NCBI RefSeq assembly: GCF_033153115.1 | Contig: NW_026889803.1 | Span: forward strand, 12,586,001 to 12,650,000 | From: Saccostrea echinata | Lineage: Eukaryota | Reading direction: 5' to 3' | Length of the DNA stretch: 64,000 nucleotides | Shown: in pieces, positions 52,991 to 64,000 of the stretch | How positions within the stretch are numbered: the stretch's first letter is position 1 | Layout of the letters: every line of letters begins with the position of its first letter | Made by a program: the position numbers and the translations under genes | Notes under the pieces: model-generated | Told to the model about the DNA's origin: nothing | The model's database searches: none | What the model saw: the letters and a program-made list of their open reading frames with translations, nothing else

Positions 52991-53278
52991 GCTTGAATTG
53001 AACAATCTTAAGTTGATATTATGTCAGGAAACTTTCATACAAGTTTCATCTTTTCTGACCCACTGAATCTAAGGAAGAAGATTTTTAAAAGAGGTCACCA
53101 AATTTTCACCTATTCTAATTGAAAGAAGGCGTTGCTCTTCACTTGAAAAACAATTGGAATTCCCTTCTTTGAATGCTTTGTGACAAGTAGTCAAAATGCA
53201 GGCTTAAGCTGCAGACGACAGAAGGACGACGGACTAAATGTGATCAAGAAAGCATGAGCTTTCAGCTCAGGTGAGCAA
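52991..53278. mobile_element. Right part of the Helentron-type (HINE-like) element
   Basis: Satellite monomer resumes (ttgaacaatctt...ttcatacaagtttcatcttttctg...gaagaagattttt), followed by a GAC-rich microsatellite remnant (gcagacgacagaaggacgacggac), hairpin TGAGCTTTCAGCTCA and subterminal IR CTCAGGTGAG complementary to 16632-16640. Ends in an A run. Confidence 0.8.
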
Positions 53279-53982
53279 AACATGTGTTTTAAAATATCTG
53301 TTAAGTCTGAATTTTCTCCAAAACTTTTTAAATGATACCTATTTAAAACAACAAAATCAATCTAAATTTCAATGCTGGACATTACACAATTTTTTAATGG
53401 ATGTAAGATGCGACCACATATGTTTCAATGAAATGAAGTAAACAACATTTTCCTTCGGGTAGCCGTATTTTATATTCAACTTTAGTTCTCAAAGCGGGAT
53501 AACAAAAAGAAATGTTCCTTAAAATTAATTTGATAGGCAAAAAATAAATACACGTAAATAAACAAAAAAAAGAAGAATACAACAAAAAATACAGATTGTT
53601 GCTGAGGGCAGAAATACCAGAAGTATTGGGTAGTAAAAGATCGTCTAATTACTAGAGGTGTACACGGACGATAAACTTTACCAACGATTTCGATTTGGAC
53701 GGCCTACAAAAGCCTTTTTTGATGACCCTGCTTGAACAACACAAACTAGTAAATATCACCCCCCCCCCCCAAAAAAAAAAGAGAAAAAAATAAAAATAGA
53801 GCCTTACCCCACTGTTGCGGCTTTTGATTTGATAACGTTTTCAAGCTAGCGGGGTTTTTCATAAACTGGTTGAGTGTAAATGTCTGTGAGGGTACTGTCG
53901 GTATAGATGCTTTCGTTCTGTGACCTGGGCCATTTATGACATTCGTATGAGTAGACGAGGCTTTGGCGTGTTTTAGAGGAAC

Positions 53983-55575
53983 CAATGACAATGAATTTAT
54001 TTTCATAAACTGACATTAAGTACAGTGTAGAGACAGATTACAAATATTGTTAAACATGTGTGCATGCGTGAAACAGAAAAAGTACAAAGTCAAAAAGCTA
54101 ACAATGACCTAACCAGGAGAGCCAACTCTCTCACAGATAATTTTTATAATTTTACACAGTTTTATCAATTTAACTGTATTTTTTGTATTAGAAAGTTGTT
54201 CAAACTTATACACATTTGGATATAAATAGTAATACTTTGATAATAGTGATAATCTTGATTTCAAAATAGATGGGTCATTACAATTAAGGAGGCTGGGGGG
54301 TCAACAAATTAACCACAAAGTAACCACCAGATTTAACTTAACTTTTTTAGATATGATATCTTAAGCTGTCAACTATCATTTGGCAAAGAAAAATTTCAAA
54401 AATTTTAGTTTTAAAATTTGATCATTTTCTATATCTTCATATGGAGCTCTTCTTGTAAAGGAGATCAATATAGTCTAAAAATGGCCACAACCCCCAGCCT
54501 CTTTAAATAAGTAATGATATTCATCACCAATTTTATATTTTTAACATAACATACAAATTCTATTTTCTCTTGGTACATTTTGCCATCTCCCAACTTCAAT
54601 CGGTAATTTATTATTACAAGTTCTAAACCTACATAATAATTTCCAGTACTTACAAGGCAAAGATACTAAATACTTTTCTAAACAAAATGAAGTTTTATAT
54701 ATTCTGTAATTAAGACCTTTAGATGAATTAAACATTTCACTGTACCATAATGTCCATGACTGTTTAAACTTATCATACAGAGTGTTAAAAACTACTTTCT
54801 TCAGCCAAGATACATTCACTGGTTGGCAAGTTTGCCAGATATAAGAAAGCCCATATTCATTCAGTATAGATTTGATAAAGTAACACCATGGATTATTGTA
54901 GTTCTTCAAAACAATTAACAGATTTGAGGATAATTTATCACCTTGTAAAAAAGATAATTTTCACCAAAAACTTATCATTCTTACCTTAATATTAATTGAA
55001 ATAGGGTATCTACCTGATTCACCGTATACCATAAAATTTGGTGTAGATAATTTTACATTTAAAATATGTTTACAAAATTTTAAATGCAATTTTTCAACTA
55101 ATGGTGACTGATTATAACCCCATACTTCACATCCATATAAAAATACAGGCTTTACAATTTTGTCAGACATATCTAATGTACATTCTACAGTACGGTTGTG
55201 TTTTCTACATTTTCCTATAACACCATACATAGCTTTTGTTACTTTTTGAAATAATTCCTTAATATTTGTATTAAATGAACCATTTTTACAAAAACTTACA
55301 CTTAAATATTTAAAATTATCTATAATTTCTAATATTTTACCATTTAATGTAAATGGTGTTCCAATTCTTGGATTGCCTTTTCCAAAGATTACAACCTTAG
55401 TTTTATTAGCGTTAACTTTCAGATGCCATCGTTTACAATAATTGTTAAAAATATTCAATTGGTGTTGAAGATCTTCTGGTGTTTCTGACAGAAGAATTGT
55501 GTCATCAGCATATAAGAAAACAAACAATCTAAGATACAAATCAAACTCTTTTTCTAATTTGGCAGATATAAACGA
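53983..55575 (-). mobile_element. 5'-truncated, frameshifted non-LTR retrotransposon (RT C-terminal half; RTE-X/CR1-like group)
   Basis: LYADDTILL, LKVNANKTKVVIF, FKYL, LYGCEVWG, HLKFCK, YGESGRYP, KLPIEVGRW..PRENRICMLC, GDEYHYLFNC. Stop at 54111-54109, then AATAAA and a short CATTGT-type tail near 53983-54001. Confidence 0.92.
54288..54502. mobile_element. Kolobok-like MITE (215 bp) inserted in the retrotransposon
   Basis: TIR GGAGGCTGGGG / CCCCAGCCTCT with TTAA TSD (54284-54287, 54503-54506). Removing it restores GDEYHYLFNCNDPS on the minus strand. Confidence 0.9.
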
Positions 55576-55889
55576 TAACAAAACAAACCAAACAGCCAGA
55601 CAAACAAAACAAGAAACAGGCCAGCAGGAAGCAATTTCAGATTGAGGGGTACTACCAACCAAAAAAAAAAGGGGGGGGGGTAATAAGACGTAATTATTAA
55701 AGGGGCACATCCATAAAGTAGCTTTGTTTTCTATAGTATACCGATATTATCGGTAAAATTATTGGGGAGGGGGTGTCCTACGGCCATGAGAATTTTTTGA
55801 TGATAACAGGTAACTCTTTAGTTCACAGCTAAAATTTCTGCTTTAATTCTGCTTAAATTTTTGGCTGTCATATTTAATATATCATAACC

Positions 55890-56100
55890 TATCACTGAGT
55901 CGTAATTTGACTGTCATATGTTAGACCTTTGTTTTTATACTTAATTTGATTACGGGATATTCCGTCTACTGATCAATACAAAGGGCTGAGGGCGGGTGTG
56001 ACTGGTCGACAGAGGATGCTTACTCCTCCCAGGCATCAGATCCCACCTCTGAAATTCCCGGGGGTCTTTTATGCCCCGTTCACAGATTTTTATTGTTTGT
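55890..56100 (+). mobile_element. 3' fragment of an abundant bivalve retroelement (Penelope-like), copy 1
   Basis: GGCGGGTGTGACTGGTCGACAGAGGATGCTTACTCCTCCCAGGCATCAGATCCCACCTCTG, with a reverse-complement homolog at 63690-64000. Family label from recognition only. Confidence 0.6.
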
Positions 56101-56130
56101 AGGTTTATTTGAGGGACCATTCACTCGGCA

Positions 56131-56160
56131 TCTGTCTGTCCGTCCGTCCGTCTGTCCGTT
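56131..56160. repeat. (GTCY)n microsatellite, likely a remnant of another Helentron-type element
   Basis: tctgtctgtccgtccgtccgtctgtccgt. Confidence 0.6.
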
Positions 56161-57553
56161 TATCACACCCTATATCTTGAGAACTTGTAGAGGTATTGTG
56201 GATAGATGGATTGAACACATATTAATGCAATAAAAATAATAATAATAATTTCAATATTAATTTTAGCTCTGAGGGTTGTGGAAATATATTTCTATTTGAT
56301 TGTCAAATTTTGTATAATAAATGCTATTATATATATAGGTCTTGCTATCCGAGATTTTTTAAGGCAATTGATTAAGCTATAATGACAGTAGCAAATGAAA
56401 AGTTGACGACCCTTAGATTTACATTAATGATGCTAGAAAGCAGGCAACACATGCGTTCTTTGGAATACTTTAGTTTTCAGATCGATCACTGTTCTTCACC
56501 CTTTTTTTTCATTTTAGAGTTAACAAAAACAATAACTCATGGATTACCTTATACAATGTATATGGACAATCATACAATCATGTACGTTGCATAAAAATGG
56601 TATGTTATCGGCCTCAGAAAGGGTCGTCTATTTGTGGTTGTGTTAGAATGTTAGAAAGAACACATGGGGAATGAGACGTTGTTTTTAAGTAGTTCGGTAG
56701 AGTAAAAAAAAATTATTTGTAAAATATCTTAAAAATTGATGAAAACATCTTTAATGTACCACACAGTGGGGGACTCTTGCAATTTCAATTAAACGTTTAG
56801 ACGAGCAATACAATCCCGATGTATTTAAAAGGGATATGGAAGGGGGGATTATTGTTTCTTTATGTACACACTGTATATGAAACCCTATCCTTGATAATTA
56901 ATTATTTGTGGAAGGATTAAAAGATTATCCCTTTAATTTCGTTATAATTCCATAAATACCACGACATGCATTTTTTTTTATTTAAAAACGTTATGCTTCT
57001 GCTGCTACACCTTTTTAAAAAATTAGCTTCATTATTACTGGTCCATCTTATAATTATTCAAATAAATATTTCGTTTTTCTTAAATTTATGAAAATCCATG
57101 TTTTCATGAACTAATCCAGTTTTCAGAAGTTTACTGATCAAAGAGGAACAACTCTAAATATGTAGGAGATGTGTGTTTTCCCTCCCTTGATTGAGTTATT
57201 CCTCCTGTTTTCCGATCATTGTATTTTTTTTACGAGTTCATACTCAGACATATTTACCACACTTACAATGTGTTCTGATGAACGCAAGAACTAAAAATTA
57301 TAATATTTACAGAGTAAGTATCGAAACTGAAAATGAATTGCTTACTTATTCATTGAAGCAAATTGGTCCGAACTTCTGTCACTGTTTTAATTCGCATTTC
57401 CTCGAATCAAAACAAAACGTTATGGCCAACATGGACGTTTCTTATGTACGTCTATGGAACCAACGTTTCATATATCTTTCTACATAATTATTTAGGTATG
57501 TTAATATTTGATAAATGATAGATTTACGACATTAAATTGAAAACATGCATGTA

Positions 57554-57633
57554 CATTCGTAATTAATTTAATATGGACGAATTTCTATTTCATTTGTTAG
57601 AAGCATTCGTAATTAATTTAATATGGACGAATT
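57554..57633. repeat. 30-bp direct repeat, period 50 bp
   Basis: cattcgtaattaatttaatatggacgaatt at 57554 and 57604. Confidence 0.9.
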
Positions 57634-59203
57634 CCACAAACCGACACGTTGCCATAAATATTGAAAATGTGTTATGCTAAATTTTATACAGATAACATAC
57701 TAGCATATGTAGTATTTCCATATTTATTTGTAGATTTTTATCATGGTTTTTGTCCAAAGTCTGAAAGACGCAGAATAAGACATAATTTAGGAAAGGGGGA
57801 TTTTCCGCTATAAATTCAAAATGGGTCGTTTAAAAAAATACACAAACTAGTAAATTAACAAGATTATTTTTACAGTCAACTACATTTTCTTTTTTAATTA
57901 AACGTTAAGTTTTTTAATTAAAAAAATATTTTAAATTGGAAAACACGCATTTTCCATGGCTAATATGAACCCATGATTTTCCAATTTAAGTTGTTCAAAG
58001 TTTGTTTCTGTCTATGTGTACCACTACAAAATTACTTATATAACATGGTGGTCAAATCAATGAGTCATCAAAGTTAAACAACTAGGCTAACCAAACTGTG
58101 GAAAATCGTGGATTTTATAATCAGTTAGTTGAAAATTTCTCCTCCTCGTGAACAGCCTTTGGAGCTTCCTGTCCAAATATTAGGACTAAATGTGCACACT
58201 TATTCTTATAGTAGGTACATGAATAGTCATGTATAAAATATGAAAAGGAACGAAAAATAAAGGACATGAATTTTTGAGGATGGGTGTATTGTACATCTTA
58301 ATTTTTGTTATTATGTTTCAAATTTATTTTCATTTCTCATCAGATAGTTATTAATTTATGGTTTTATCAAAAGGGTTTTCAGTGAGTACATGGGAGTGTG
58401 TAAGATATGAATGAAAATCGTTATGTGTTTCCGGATATTAATCAAACAGTTTCAAAAGTGATAAATAAAAATTTAAAAATTGAATAGAACTAGCAAAATT
58501 TATTTTGTTTTGCTATTGCTGATATTGACACGGCGATAATTTTTCTACGCTTCGCATCAACCGCACCGTGCATCATAGTCTGTAGAAATCATCTGTATCA
58601 TCACGTGATAAAGATCCAGGGAAGGTTGGACATTTTGATAAAAAAAGTTAATTTTTTCAATTTTATGAAAATCTTTTGTTGTCCTTTGACTTTTCTTGAA
58701 AATTCTTTAAAATGCTTAATTTTTTTTTGCGACCGATTTGATATTTTGCATCAATAATAACCAAAGGAGCCAGTAACATACATGTACTTTGCTTGATTTT
58801 ACGTGATCACTTTTTATACAAAAATGCCTTTTTGTATAAATTATGATAAAAAAATCAAAAATAAAATTTAAAAATTCCTGTGATATTAATTTATATGTAT
58901 CTGTTTTTATCCTTATGAAAACATACTTTATTGCAAAAGTATTGTTAGCATGTAGAAAAGAAATGTAAAAGGAAACAAAATAATAAGAAATGCATTATAT
59001 ATCATTCCGATAACACTAATGTCTGTAACTGCATTTTTTAAAATAAAAATCAATTGAGTAAAAGTATAATTCACATATCTGTCCTCGGGATTATAAAACT
59101 GTTGACATACTTAAAACATAAAAAATCCAGTATAGACCTATAAATTAAACTAAAAGAGGTGAGTATGTCTGATATTTAATAGAGAATGGTTCAAATTTAA
59201 TTT

Positions 59204-59274
59204 GAGGGACATCGGGCGTGGAAAGTGCAGTAGATCTAATAGATCTACTGCACTTTCCTCGCCCGATGTCCCTC
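59204..59274. repeat. 71-bp near-perfect foldback (35-bp arms), probably the fused TIRs of a DNA transposon
   Basis: GAGGGACATCGGGCG(T/A)GGAAAGTGCAGTAGATCTA-A-TAGATCTACTGCACTTTCCTCGCCCGATGTCCCTC, one mismatch. Confidence 0.9.
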
Positions 59275-59472
59275 TTGCCTACCTTCAATATTTTCAGTGC
59301 ATCCAACGTGATTTTTCATTGGTGTTCGTCATTGATTATGACGTCACATTCCTTAGTATGCTTACGTTGTGTTGTGGTTACGTTTCACTCTAGCGACATA
59401 AGTCGAATTGATCGGACGCATTCTTACAACGCTCCCGATTTTTCTGCAAATTCTACTGTGTTGAGCAAAGAA

Positions 59473-62400
59473 ATGACATCAAAGACGTACGAAAGTAAAG
59501 ATAAGAGGGTAACGCCTCACTTTGTATGTTTTCTTTTGTGAAAAATCATTTAGTACCGATTTTATTTATAATACATACTTTCAAGCGGGGGGGGGGGGGG
59601 GTACGGGGTTCTACGGAGAATATTCTGCTGGCATGGTTTGTAACAATTCCTTCACACACACTCACACCCTTTTAAGTATCTTCTGGTATTCTAGTTATCA
59701 AAATACGCGTCTTTGCTTATGTAAAACATGATTGTACACAATGAATCTTATCATGATTGTATCGATATATTGTATCTATAGATCACTTGACCGCTTTTTT
59801 TGCTTATGGTGCACACATCTGTACAATTGAATTCATTTTATACTAGACATTTAGATAAATATAGTATAATCATTCAGTTAAGTGTTCCTTGGATAAAAAA
59901 AGGCAGTTTGCAGAACATAAATCTGTCATGGAATTAAAATAATACAGAATAGAAAACTATTTTCCTAGCTTTACATAAGGACGTCGTTATTGACAACGTC
60001 AACTTGTCCTAGCTTTGCATAAAAATGGACGTATTGTGGAAAAAAAGGCGGGGGGGGGGGGGGTTGGATAGGAGCAAAAAGGGGTTGTCAGAGCTCTTAC
60101 AAGGGTTCATTATGCTGAATATTTATTAAAGATGCAGTTCAAAAGATAATTTTTGACGATGTTTTAGATAAAGTTTATAAATATCTCTAGCAAAAAAAAG
60201 GGGGGTTGAAGGTTTTTTAAAAGGGGGTGTGGGTTTGGATCTGCTACCGTTGTAGTTACTACATGTTCTTACTCAACTAAAAACAGACTCAGTCAACAGA
60301 TGCTTCTGGTTCTTGTACTTCAGATAAATTTCCAAACTTATATACATTAATATTCATTGAATATATTTAACCACATAAAAAAGAGGAATTATATACTCTC
60401 AACAATTTTTAGCAAATCTTAAGCATTAAAAAAAACAACAACAAAATAACCTAGTACATCTTCTATATTTACCAGTACTAGAGCAGTTTTACTAGATGTT
60501 TTGAACAAACGTTTTTCTTGTGTCTGTTTTAAAGGTCGGGAAGAAATCAAATAAGCACTGAACAATTATATTTTTTTAATTAAAACTCCCACACGTAGAG
60601 ATCTCAGGTATCATATCACCATGTCATGTAAGAGCAAAATGCACGCATGTGTATTTAGTTCTACTTCAGTTTTCTTTTTTATTATTTCATCCCTTTTTAC
60701 TGAGAAAATTATGTTTATTTTCATGGATATTCTAAACCACTCCCAGAAAACTGAAAGACTCATTATATAACTAAAAAATGTCCTTTACTTTATTTTAGAA
60801 GTTTGATGATCCAGCCAAAGCCTCACAGGAAACCACCACTGCACCATCCTCTGACGAGGTACGCTGCTGAATTCCCCGAACTTAACAAAATGTGAATATT
60901 TTCAGTTTTATACTAGATATTGAACGTGGAAACAGGTTTGAAGAATATAATAATTACAATAATAATCATTTGTAATGAATGAATGGTATATGAGCGTATC
61001 GTATTCTCCGTTTTATAGGTTGTTGTCAAGCGGAGAAAGAGGCCATGGAGATACAACAGAGTCTGGCGGAAAGACCAGAAATGGACAAGAGAGGTGAATA
61101 TAATACTTATAATACAGCTTTATATGAATAACCGGTAAATTATCTTCGCTGAGAAGGGGTGTAGATCAGAAACCCTTGGCTAGCGAAGATCCTATTAAAT
61201 GGATACATTACAATTTTAACAGATAACAATTATATTGCTGACTAAGAAAAAGTCTTGATAATTAAAACAAGTTTATGACAACTTGATAGATACATCAACA
61301 AAGAAAAAAATAGAGAGAGAGAATGGGGTAAAGGATAGAGAGAGGGGAAGGGTAAATGATGGAACACATTTTTTGATTGAATATATAAGTCACTGATTGA
61401 AATGACCTCCTTTTAATTTAGGGACTGCCTCCTTCCGAACATCAGAAGGCGCCATTTGTCTCCAAGGAACAAAGTGACCAACCTACACAGGTGTTACCAG
61501 TTCCAAAACAGGTGTTTAAATTATAACCAATCAATAAAGTCTCATTTTGTTCATCGGCCATAATTTTCTTAATACACCAGTTAAAAAAGTAGATTTGTTA
61601 GATATTATAGCAAGTATACGAAAATATTTTTTTTCCACAGAACTTTGATGATCCAGACAAAGACTCATCAGAACCCAGACCTTCACAGTCCTGGGCGTCT
61701 GGAGAGGTATGGTACAGATTGATTAACTTCATATCATGCCATGGTTTTGAAGAAGATGGGCGAACCAGCCGAGCAAAATGCCTATTTTGTGACATACAGC
61801 AGAGTGAAAAAATAAATCTCAATTATGACAAAATTTTCTTTGATATTTCATTTAACATTGATATGTACTTTTTGTAAAATCTACACAATTTGCAATAATC
61901 TCACAAAGATTGAAATTATTCTTCTATCAAATAACATACACACACCAAAGAGGGCAAACATGATCATTTTTTCATACTAAATCGCAATTTTTCCATATGA
62001 ATGGGTTTTCGCTCCATTTTTTTGAAAGATTATACTCAAATATGCGTAAAGCTGTTCACATTTCGGTTAACAATTTATACACGAAGCAAAGACCAATTAT
62101 ACCTTAAAAATATGGCACAACATTCGTGTATTTCCGAGAAATATCCATTTAGTCAAGGGTCATAGCACAAACTTGATTTAAATGCCGCTATTTTTCATGA
62201 GCTTTGTAGTGTAGTGGTTAGCATGTTGGTATATATGAAAAAAACTGATACTAGTACTCAGGATTTTTATGCTTGGGTTTGAACCCAAAGAACACCACTT
62301 TTTAAAATCATTAAATAATTTTTGTTGAAAGAACTTTCCTTTGTCATAATTTCAATAATAAGAACTTTACTCTTAATACTAAATTTTCAAACTGAATATT

Positions 62401-63510
62401 TTTTCTACCTTTTGAAGCTATATAGGCATTTTGCACGCCTTGTTTGCCCATCTCTTTTTTTGCTCAAAATCAAATTAATATCCCAAAATAGGTGTATGTA
62501 ATTCATAGACATTTAATTCAAAGTGTAAGATTAGTTTATCCAATGTTTAGGTAATTTTTGGTTATTAGAAGTATTGATGTTCATAATACATTCTTTGTCT
62601 TGTAGGTTGTTCCCAAGCGGCGAAAGAGACCCTGGAGGTACAACAAGGTCTGGAGAAAAGATCGGAAATGGACACGAGAGGTTTGATGATATTCATCAAT
62701 TTGGAGGGGGGGGGTGAAAAACTAAAAATGAATAAATAAAAGAATTGAATGTTTTATTATCTGATAGAATACTCTGAATTAGTATAAATCATTGAATGAA
62801 ATAAGCATGGCATAATTTAGGAGCAGACTCAGCCACAGAAAGTTCAACCCCCCACCCCTGTACAAAAGGAGCAACCGACAAAGGTGTTACCAGTCACAGC
62901 TCCCAAACAGGTAATTAACCGAGTGTATGGTACTACAGATACTTTATCTTCTTGCATTTTAATCATTTAGAAATCGATAGGCTGCTATGAAATCCTTCAA
63001 GATAAACCTGAAGAATTACAATTATATCTCGGTACGATAGATTACATCGTCGGATACCTACTGGTGATCTCGTCCTTTTACTCATCATCACCCGCAGGTA
63101 TCCGACAATGGATAGTCTATTATAATATGTCGAGATTTCTTGCTGATTTTCAACATTTCTTTATGTAATAATTCTTATTTACAGTAAACTTTCAAATTCC
63201 CCATGAATCAAAGCTGTGATAGCTTCAATCAAAATATTATTAAAACTTATTGCCATTTGCGAATTCCAATAGTTACCATTTTGTCCTCGCAAGCTTCTAA
63301 ATTTAAAAAAAGGTCAACCTTCTTCCACTATGTCAAAGACTGGGGGTTTGAAACTGCAAAACAACCCTTTTTATGGCCCATCCTTACATGAAGAAATATA
63401 TAGATTTTATAGCATTATGACTTATTTTTTAGCCTGAGCCACCCAAGTTTTTGAGAAGATACTGGCGGACCAACAGGGTTTGGAGGAAGGACATGGTGTG
63501 GACAAGAAAG
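59473..63510 (+). CDS. Paralog B of the Trp/Arg-repeat protein (5' part; continues beyond the window)
   Basis: Phase-0 exons 59473-59508 MTSKTYESKDKR (in-frame upstream ATG also at 59338); 60799-60858 KFDDPAKASQETTTAPSSDE; 61019-61093 VVVKRRKRPWRYNRVWRKDQKWTRE; 61422-61511 GLPPSEHQKAPFVSKEQSDQPTQVLPVPKQ; 61641-61706 NFDDPDKDSSEPRPSQSWASGE; 62606-62680 VVPKRRKRPWRYNKVWRKDRKWTRE; 62821-62910 EQTQPQKVQPPTPVQKEQPTKVLPVTAPKQ; 63433-63510 PEPPKFLRRYWRTNRVWRKDMVWTRK. All GT-AG, no stops. Confidence 0.82.
61142..61190. mobile_element. ~50-bp foldback mini-element in a gene B intron
   Basis: ATCTTCGCT..AAGGG...CCCTTGGCTAGCGAAGAT. Absent at the homologous site in gene A (ccggtaaatggatac, about 4955). 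TAAAT occurs on both sides of the insertion. Confidence 0.7.
61751..62456. mobile_element. ~710-bp MITE-like element, copy 2 (gene B intron)
   Basis: TIR AGATGGGCGAACCAGCCGAGCAAAATGCCTAT vs the reverse complement of ATAGGCATTTTGCACGCCTTGTTTGCCCATCT. Absent from the homologous 164-bp intron of gene A (5442-5605). Confidence 0.75.
63045..63110. repeat. Internal hairpin of an intronic insertion in gene B
   Basis: CATCGTCGGATACCTACTGGTGAT ... ATCACCCGCAGGTATCCGACAATG. The surrounding ~350 bp does not align to the gene A intron. Confidence 0.7.
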
Positions 63511-63689
63511 GTAAAAATGGCAATTAGAATTGTTCTCTGTGAAATGGACGAAATTAAATCCTCTCAACATAATTATTAATCTTTGAGTGGTACTTTTTTT
63601 ATTGCAAGAAAACATGTTTAAATCTATGCTATTACTAGAAATATCATATCTCGGACATGGTGAGACTGTCGGGCAACTTTGAGACATGT

Positions 63690-64000
63690 AAAAGGTGAAG
63701 TTAACGAACAGTGATCAATCTCAAAAGACAAAACGAATCGTGAACAGGGCAAAACAAAAAACAACAAAAAACACAGACTCATGGAAACACCAATGGTGGG
63801 ATCAGGTGCCTAGAAGGAGTATACATTCCCTGTCGCTGGTCACACCCGCTTTGAGCCCTACGTATCGGTCAGGTAGACGGAGTATTCTGTAGTCAAATTT
63901 AGTATAAAAGCAGTGACCTAACAAATAGTATGAAACATGACAGACAAAAAAACGACATAACGTTAGGTTGAACTCAAGGCCTTTATAACGATCAAAGAAT
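63690..64000 (-). mobile_element. 3' fragment of the same Penelope-like retroelement, copy 2 (runs off the window)
   Basis: GGTGGGATCAGGTGCCTAGAAGGAGTATACATTCCCTGTCGCTGGTCACACCCGC is the reverse complement of the motif near 55990-56050. It begins where gene A/B intron homology (caactttgaga) breaks. Confidence 0.65.

Noticed and set aside
55576-55710. Hydrophobic N-terminus of the 249-aa RT ORF suggesting a chimeric membrane protein
   Set aside because: It is read-through into flanking low-complexity DNA upstream of the 5' truncation, and the RT is frameshifted downstream.
56825-56936. Possible 110-bp Kolobok-like MITE (ttaaaagggata ... tatccctttaa)
   Set aside because: Only about 11 bp of inverted match in AT-rich DNA.

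Overview
AT-rich eukaryotic genomic DNA; the repeat signatures (Helentron-type non-autonomous element carrying Cg170-like satellite sequence, Penelope-like 3' fragments) point to an oyster or related bivalve (inference). Contents: (1) a complete 4-exon minus-strand gene for a 246-aa type I membrane protein (signal peptide, divergent CUB, LDLa, TM, YxxPhi tail) at 245-2478. (2) Head-to-head with it, a plus-strand gene missed by the ORF track because it is built from tiny phase-0 exons (3088-13544, about 326 aa). It encodes a low-complexity protein with three exon-encoded W-x5-W-x5-W basic repeats, a bipartite NLS-like stretch and a C-terminal NES-like motif. A second, intact-looking paralog starts at about 59.5 kb and runs off the window. 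(3) Between the paralogs, a 35.3-kb array of 25 near-identical copies of a ~1380-bp unit, amplified from the interior of a putative TIR transposon that itself splits one satellite monomer of a Helentron-type element. (4) A 4.6-kb TTAA-flanked DNA transposon with nested MITEs and a 133-N gap, a 5'-truncated non-LTR retrotransposon interrupted by a TTAA MITE, and several small MITEs, hairpins and microsatellites. No rRNA, tRNA or CRISPR features were recognised. Exon models were read by eye from splice signals and reading frame and have no expression support.
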